This document shows, piece after piece, positions 57,469 to 64,000 of a stretch of 64,000 bases of DNA. Source of the stretch: the human T2T-CHM13v2.0 reference genome, Homo sapiens. Within the stretch, counting starts at the first letter, position 1. Each line of letters opens with the position of its first letter. Position numbers and translations under genes: made by a program. The notes under the pieces were generated by a model. That model was not told where the DNA came from and did no database searches. It saw nothing but the letters and a program-made list of their open reading frames with translations. The stretch is taken from the NCBI RefSeq assembly GCF_009914755.1, contig NC_060935.1; one strand, 5' to 3'.

Positions 57469-59608
57469 CTCTTTACTTTTTTGATAAGTCTTCCTCAGGT
57501 CAGAACCATTGGTGAATCATTCCTGGAATCATTTCCACCATTTTGAATATCAGCCCTTTGTTACCACCAGCCTCTGGTATCTCTGGGCCTCTGCCTCGGG
57601 ATGAGCCGAAGAACACGGTCTCAGATGCCACAGGCAAAAATGGAAGACACTTGTTGGCCAGCTTTGCTCAAAAGTGTGCTTCTGGACATGCCATGTGGTT
57701 CTGGATCCCATGGCTCCACTATGAACCCATACCCCTGTTCTTCACCAACACAGACTGCTGGATGTTGCTGAGGTGTACTCTGCCCAGAGTTCTTTTCCCT
57801 TTCTGGGTTAAAGATGCTTTATTCTCTAGAAACAGATCTACTTCCATTCTCCTGGGTGCCCATAATGGGGCAGGGGTCAGGAGTAGGGGCAGTGAGCCAC
57901 CCATCTGGTCTAGAAAGCCTGTTTTAATTAGAAGAAATACAATAAACATTCCTCCCTAAACTTCAATGCGTCACACTGCAAGTCTCTTAGTGCCCTGGGA
58001 CTTAGTGTCTGAAATCTTGAACCTCTTAGAGTACATTAAAACTTCCATGTTGAACGCACCCAGAGAGATTTCTCCTTTCTCTTGGGAGCAAAGAGTTTTG
58101 GACAACTTCTCAGAATACTTCAGTCTTTGTGTTAATGGCTGGAAGTTCTTTATAAATAAGTGATTTCTGGGGAAACCTCCCCACTAGGCTTCCAGGACCC
58201 ACAAGGTCTTCAGAGGTTGGGCTCAGAATGAGCATGAATCTAGCCTCTACTGTTTTTTCCACACTCTTTATCTGCCTACTTCTACTTTCTCCCACGTGGG
58301 TCTCAGTTTTCTGCCTTTGTTCACTTTAGTTTTTCTTGTCCGAGTCTCTTTTACTCACCTCTAATTAAGGACTCATTTGCTTATGGCCAGTGTCATAGCG
58401 AGCACAAGTAGAGGCCTGAGATTCAGGCTACACTGGGTTCAGATCCAGATACTTCCATTTGCCAGCTGTTTGTTTTAAGGTAAGAGACTAAACGTATCTC
58501 TTTTGTATACAGGGATAATCATTCCTACCTCATAGGCTGTTGGTTGATTAAATGAGATCTTCTGTGTAGGAAGCTTGTAACAAAGCCTGGCGTATCACTG
58601 GATACACAATCCATGTTAGCCAGTAGTTATACCACGCAGCTCACCTAAATAGACTCACTAAGTACTCAATATAGGTTTCTTAAATTGACCTGAAATAAAC
58701 ATTTTCCAGACTTCTGGGTTGCACTGAACAGGTTTCCTCTATCACCCGTATCTAAGTTAAAATTTAAAAACCAGAAGCTTGAAAGTTGAAGAGGGACAGG
58801 AAAGAAGGCAATGAAGTCAGCGGTTGCTAGAAGCCTAGACTGCCTTTGGCTCAGTCCAGATTTGAGGGAAACCTGGAATTATTGCAATTTCATCACAGCA
58901 GCTGGTCCAAGCTAAACCTGCCAGAACTGCTTAGAGGCCAGATCTGGATTGCAGTGATAGCTGGGCCCTGCTGAGAAGCAAGAAGAAACTATTTATCTGG
59001 CATTTTTTTCAACCCCAACCAAGAATTTTCTTTGGCTCAAGATGCTGTTGGGACCGGTTTTCATTTGCATGGAGCTCATTTGAGGACTGGTGCCTCTGAC
59101 AGCGGAGACTTCTTAGAAAGACTTCCATCTTCCATCCCCCTGCCTCCTTTCCACGTGTGCCTTTCCCATGATTCAGAAATAATTATTCATCCAGGAAAGC
59201 TAATCCCTGGGTCTTATTTGTACCTGGATTGTGCCAGAACCTCATGTATAAGTTCTCTCTGATTGAGCTCCACACACAGCCTGTGCAGTCCTGGGCATCA
59301 GCAAAGATGGCCACCAAGGAACATTTGCCCTCCTTCCAAACTGGCAACCTCCATCTAACTGAACCCATGTTAACTGATGTGGCACATTTTAATACATTTC
59401 ACTGTTTCAAGCTGTGGCAGCAAATTAGAGTGGGAATCTTCTTAACAGCTGCTTCTAGAGTGGCTGTCTGAAATCTCTGCATCCTTGACTCTTTTCTGCC
59501 AGCGAAAGAAAGATTTGTCTATGTATTATACGTCCTGGAGGGGTTTCATGGCAGTTCTGTCTGGACTAAAATGTCACCATTCTGTATTATTATTACATAG
59601 ATTCTGCA

Positions 59609-59765
59609 TTTTTTTCTTTTTTTCTTTCTTTTTTTTTTTTTTTTTTTGGTAGAGACAGGGTCTCAGTATGTACCCAAGCTGGTCTTGAACTCCTGACCTC
59701 AAGTGATCCTCCTGCCTTCGACTCTCAAAGTGCTGGGATCATAGGAATGAGCCACTGTGCCTGGC
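59609..59765 (-). mobile_element. Alu left monomer (FLAM-like), antisense
   Basis: Poly-T plus a single arm. Confidence 0.85.
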
Positions 59766-60124
59766 TCACTTTTCAAATAAGTAGCATTTGAGGGTGGTAT
59801 CAATATTCTAGGAATAGAATAATGAGATGTTTTTTGAGAAAACATTCAGAATGTATCCAATCAGATCAGCATTTTCTGCTTCAAGCAGTCACCCAATTCC
59901 AGTGACATTGCCAGGAGCTGCCTTAAGAAGCCTGTTGTATTTCTTTAGTTTGCCATTCTTTGACTAGAAGTAGTCAAAGCTAAGCACAAGAATGGGCTTT
60001 GCTTTATTGTTGTCATGGTGAAAGATTAGAAAAAACTTAAATGTTTATTGATAGAGAAGTGGCTAAATCAATTATGACACATTCAGTCAATGGACTACCA
60101 CATAATCATTTAAAAAGTATGAGG

Positions 60125-61865
60125 CAGTTAAGAATGATCAACTACCCAAAGTGATTTATAGATTCAAAGCAGTCCTTATCAAAATTCCAATGGTGTTGTT
60201 TACAGAAATAGAAAAAAAAAAACAATACTCACATAGAACCACAAAAGACCCCAAATAACCAAAGTAATCTTAAGAAAGAAGAATAAAATCAGAAGCATCA
60301 TACTTCCTGATTTTAAACTGTATAACAAAGCTATAGTAATCAAAACAGTGTGGTTCTGGCATAAAAGCAGACACAGACTAATGGAACAGAATAGAGAGAC
60401 TAGAAACCCATGCATATATGGTCAACTATTATTTGATGAGGGCACCAAGATTACAAAATAGGGAAAGGAAAGTCTCCTCCATAAATAAAGTTAGGAAAGC
60501 TAGATATTGATATGCAAAAAAAGAGAAAGAAATAGAATCTTTATCTTACACCAGCACAAAAATTAACTCAAAATGGATTAAAGACTTAAATATAAGACCT
60601 GAAATCATAAAACTCCTAGAAAAAATAAAAAAGAACAGAGAAAAAGCTTCTTGACACTGGCCTTAGTAACGATATTTTTACGTATGACACCAAAAGTAAA
60701 GGCAACAAAAGCAAAAACAAATAAGTGGGACTACATCAAACAAAAAAATTTCTGCACAGCAAAGGAAACAACAAAATGAAAAGGCAACCTATGGAATGAG
60801 CAAAAAATATTTTCAAGTCATATATCTGATAAGGGGTAAATACCTAAAATATACATGATATTCATGCAACTCAATAGCAAAGAAATCCCAAATAATCTCT
60901 TCTAAAAAGTGTTACAAAGAACTTGAATTGATACTTTTCCAAAGGAGACATACAAATGGCTAACAGGTACATGAAAAAGTACTCAGTATCACTAATCATC
61001 AGGGACATGCAAGTCAAAACTACAGTGAGATGTCACCTCACACCTGTTAGGATGGCTATTATCAAAAAGATGAAGTAAGTGTTGTTGAGGATGTGGAGGA
61101 AGAGGAATCCTTGTATACAGTGGGAGGGAATGTAAATTAGTACAGCCATTATGGAAAACAATATGGAGGTTCCTCAAAAAACTAAAACTAGAACTACCAT
61201 GTGATCCAGCAATTCCACTTCTGGGTATATATCTGAACGAAGTTAGATCAGTGTCTCTCTGCACTCCTATGTTCGTTGCAGCATTATTCAAATTGCCAAG
61301 ACATGGAAACAAATGGATAAAGAAAAAGTGGTATATATAGACAATGAAATATTATCCGGCCATAAAGAAGAAAAAAATTCTGCCATTCCTGACAGTGTGG
61401 ATTAACCTGGAGGGCATTATGTTAAGTGAAATAAGCCAGAAACAGAAAGGCAAATATTGTATGATTCCACTTATATGTGAAATCTGAAAAGGTCAAACTC
61501 ATACAAACAGAGTAGAAGGATGGTTGCCAAAGGCTGGGGGGTGGGGGAAATGGGGAGATGTTGGTCAAAGAGTACAAACTTTCAGTTATAAGACGAATAC
61601 ATTGTGGAGGTGTAACATACAACATGGTGACTACAGTTTATACTATTGTATTGTACACTTGAAATTTGCAAGTAGAGTAGTCCATAAGTGTTCTTACCAC
61701 ATACGCACAAATGGTAACTATGTGAGATGATGATGCATTAACTAACTTGATTCTGGTAATCATTTTACAATATATACGTATGTCAAATCATCACATTGTT
61801 CCCTTTAAATATATACAACATTATTTGTCAATTATACCTCAATTCGCTGAAAAAAGAAAAAAAAG
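60125..61865 (+). mobile_element. L1MA/L1MB 5'-truncated element (decayed ORF2 C-terminus plus 3' UTR)
   Basis: Typical L1 sequence (aaaattaactcaaaatggattaaagacttaaa, gatccagcaattccacttctgggtatata, aagtgaaataagccag) ending in an A-rich tail. Confidence 0.9.
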
Positions 61866-64000
61866 AATGAGCACTAAGTGTTGCTATGGACCGATCTCTG
61901 AGAAATACAGTTAAATCTGGAAATATACAAGAACTTGCTTGTATTCTTTCTAGTGAGGAGAACTAATGGCAAGGAGTAAGGACAGGGAGAAGATATTCTT
62001 GTCATCATCTAATTTTTGTATACTTTGAATTTGGTACCTTGTGCATATTTCTCATGCACAGGATGATTAATTTTTCGAAGAGTAAGAGTCTATCTAGTCC
62101 AAAAAAAAGACAGTTGAACTAGCTATGTAATTCAAACAATTAAAATCATAAGTGCTCTCATTTTCTGAGCAATTACTCTATATCAGCTTCTGTGCTAAGG
62201 CTGCTTACTACATATTTTCCTCTGATTTTCTCCTCAAAGACATCCCATCAAGTAGATTTTACCGTCTTCCTTTTAGAAATGGGGCACTGTGACTCAAAGA
62301 GTTTAGGAAAGTTGCCTGAGATTACACAATCTGCACGAGGCTAAACCAGGATTCAAATCCAGGTCAGACTAACTTTTTCCACTGGCCCCTGGGGGCTTCG
62401 CATGGTCAAACATTCAATAAGACTGTGCCTCCCCCATTACTCTATCCCCAGAGCTTTACAGAGTGCTTGGCACACAGGAGGTGTCCCATATGTGCTGACT
62501 GAATGATAAACAAAAAGCAAAACAGAGCAAGAGTGTAGTAATTTCCTTAAAGGAATTTTACACAGGTTGGAGCACCTTGGAATTGCAGGGTCACAGCCCA
62601 CTGAGATTACCTGGAAGGCAACAACCTGAATTTGAGTAGCTACAGTTTGGTGTGATTGCTTAAAAAAAACTACTCACATTGTTTTGAATCACACCTCACA
62701 AAGCCTCATTGCTTCAAAATGCCTTTCTGGTGGAAGATGATTTCAAACAAACCAAAGGATGTGATTTTCATTAAGCTACACTTAAAAATAGCTGTTTTCC
62801 AGATGGGATCATATGAATAAATAAATATCTCTTTTGTTTTATCTTCTGTTTTTTCTTCATGATTATTGGAAAAGTCCAACAACCTTGGTGATTCCTTTCA
62901 GGGTGAATTTGGGACCCAAACAGTTAAGCAACCAGCCAATTTGCTTCCCTGCTGCCTCCCAGCCAAGGAGATGAATGGAATGCACATGAGGTCGCTTGGC
63001 AGGCATCCACATTCCTATGGGAATGCTGCAGCAGCCAGAGCTTTGGGACATGAAGAAGCAAATGTGTGGGAGTTATGGGGCAAACTGCAAACAATCCAAA
63101 GTCCCGAAAAAATGCATGGAGCCTCTTTGGCCCAAGGATGCTCTGCAGAACACCGGCAAAGACCCTGCCCTTGCTCAAATCAATGATAGAGGCAGGACTC
63201 GGCACTGCCCTGTTCTTTCTTACTGCTGCCAAGGCCTTGAATCGTACAGGCCACCTCCAGGACTACTGTGGATGTGAGCCATTAAAAGAAGCTCAACAAG
63301 GAGTTCCATTTCTTCAGCTGATCTTTATACTCGTTCCTTTTTCTCCCATACTCAAGGAAATTACCTTGAAGAATTTGGCTCACCCCCTTCTTCCTTCTAC
63401 CTTCCCCATCCCTGTCTTTGTCCTTCCCCATGAAAGAGGGCTTGAACCCAATGACATTTTCATTTTCTTCAACTATTTCCCTTGTGTCCTTTAAAATGCC
63501 CTCTAGGGACCAGGTGAGCTCACTCGAATTCTGCATTACAACTCCCTCCAGCTTTTAGAAAAGGCTACATCTGATCAACAATGATGGTGATATGGTGGAA
63601 GGTGGACTTTTCATTTAAAATTAGAAACCACGATCCTCACATATTTTCCCCCAAAGAGCAGTTCCTAAGTTTTTTGTCACCACATTAAAAAAAGAAGCTC
63701 AAGCCTAGAGTTGTCCAACCAACCAGAGGCCTCTGGGTCTCCCCCAAACATCTTTTGTGCTAGTCATGCTGAGAAATGCTTCCTACTGAGAGAAGGGAGC
63801 CCTGAGTTCTGTTTTACCTTCTCACTAAGGTGACTATGGTACATGGGAGTCATAGGCATTTTAGAAGCATTCCCTGTGGTGATTCTGGCTATGAAGACTG
63901 CTTTCTCTAGCGCCATTACACTAGACTATGGAGGAAACAGAGCCATTTGAAGCTATGGAGTTCTCTGTTTCATCACATCCCTAAGTTTTTGCAAAAAAAG

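Noticed and set aside
60125-61312. Functional L1 ORF2
   Set aside because: 5'-truncated, with no long sense ORF in the track, so it is a decayed relic.
62863-63536. Cluster of overlapping ORFs, possible lncRNA exon (AG at about 62901, GT at about 63274) or pseudogene
   Set aside because: No recognisable protein similarity, mediocre splice signals, and no poly-A or TSD.

Overview
This is primate (almost certainly human) genomic DNA containing the 3' part of PARVA (alpha-parvin/actopaxin) on the + strand. Nine coding exons, numbered 5-13 by reference to the known 13-exon model, lie between 2490 and 33969. All have GT-AG boundaries and consistent phases. They join into 719 nt encoding the end of CH1, the linker and all of CH2, ending ...LFTKYRNVE*, and one is a 20-nt microexon. 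A long 3' UTR follows, with candidate poly(A) signals at about 34.3, 36.4 and 41.35 kb, then about 22 kb of repeat-rich intergenic DNA (Alu, L1, MIR, L2, MaLR/ERVL LTRs, DNA transposons). The ORF track is otherwise noise. I found no convincing novel multi-gene system. The most unusual observations are: (1) four locus-internal direct duplications spaced about 1.65-1.8 kb apart, three bracketing coding exons; (2) an L2-tail microsatellite drifted into 8 RBFOX TGCATG motifs upstream of the in-frame exon 5; (3) a stop-free, in-frame, MIR-derived candidate cassette exon in intron 7; (4) a consensus cryptic donor in front of a UG-rich tract after exon 6; (5) a tail-to-tail inverted young Alu pair about 85 bp apart. 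Repeat subfamily calls and boundaries are by eye and approximate.
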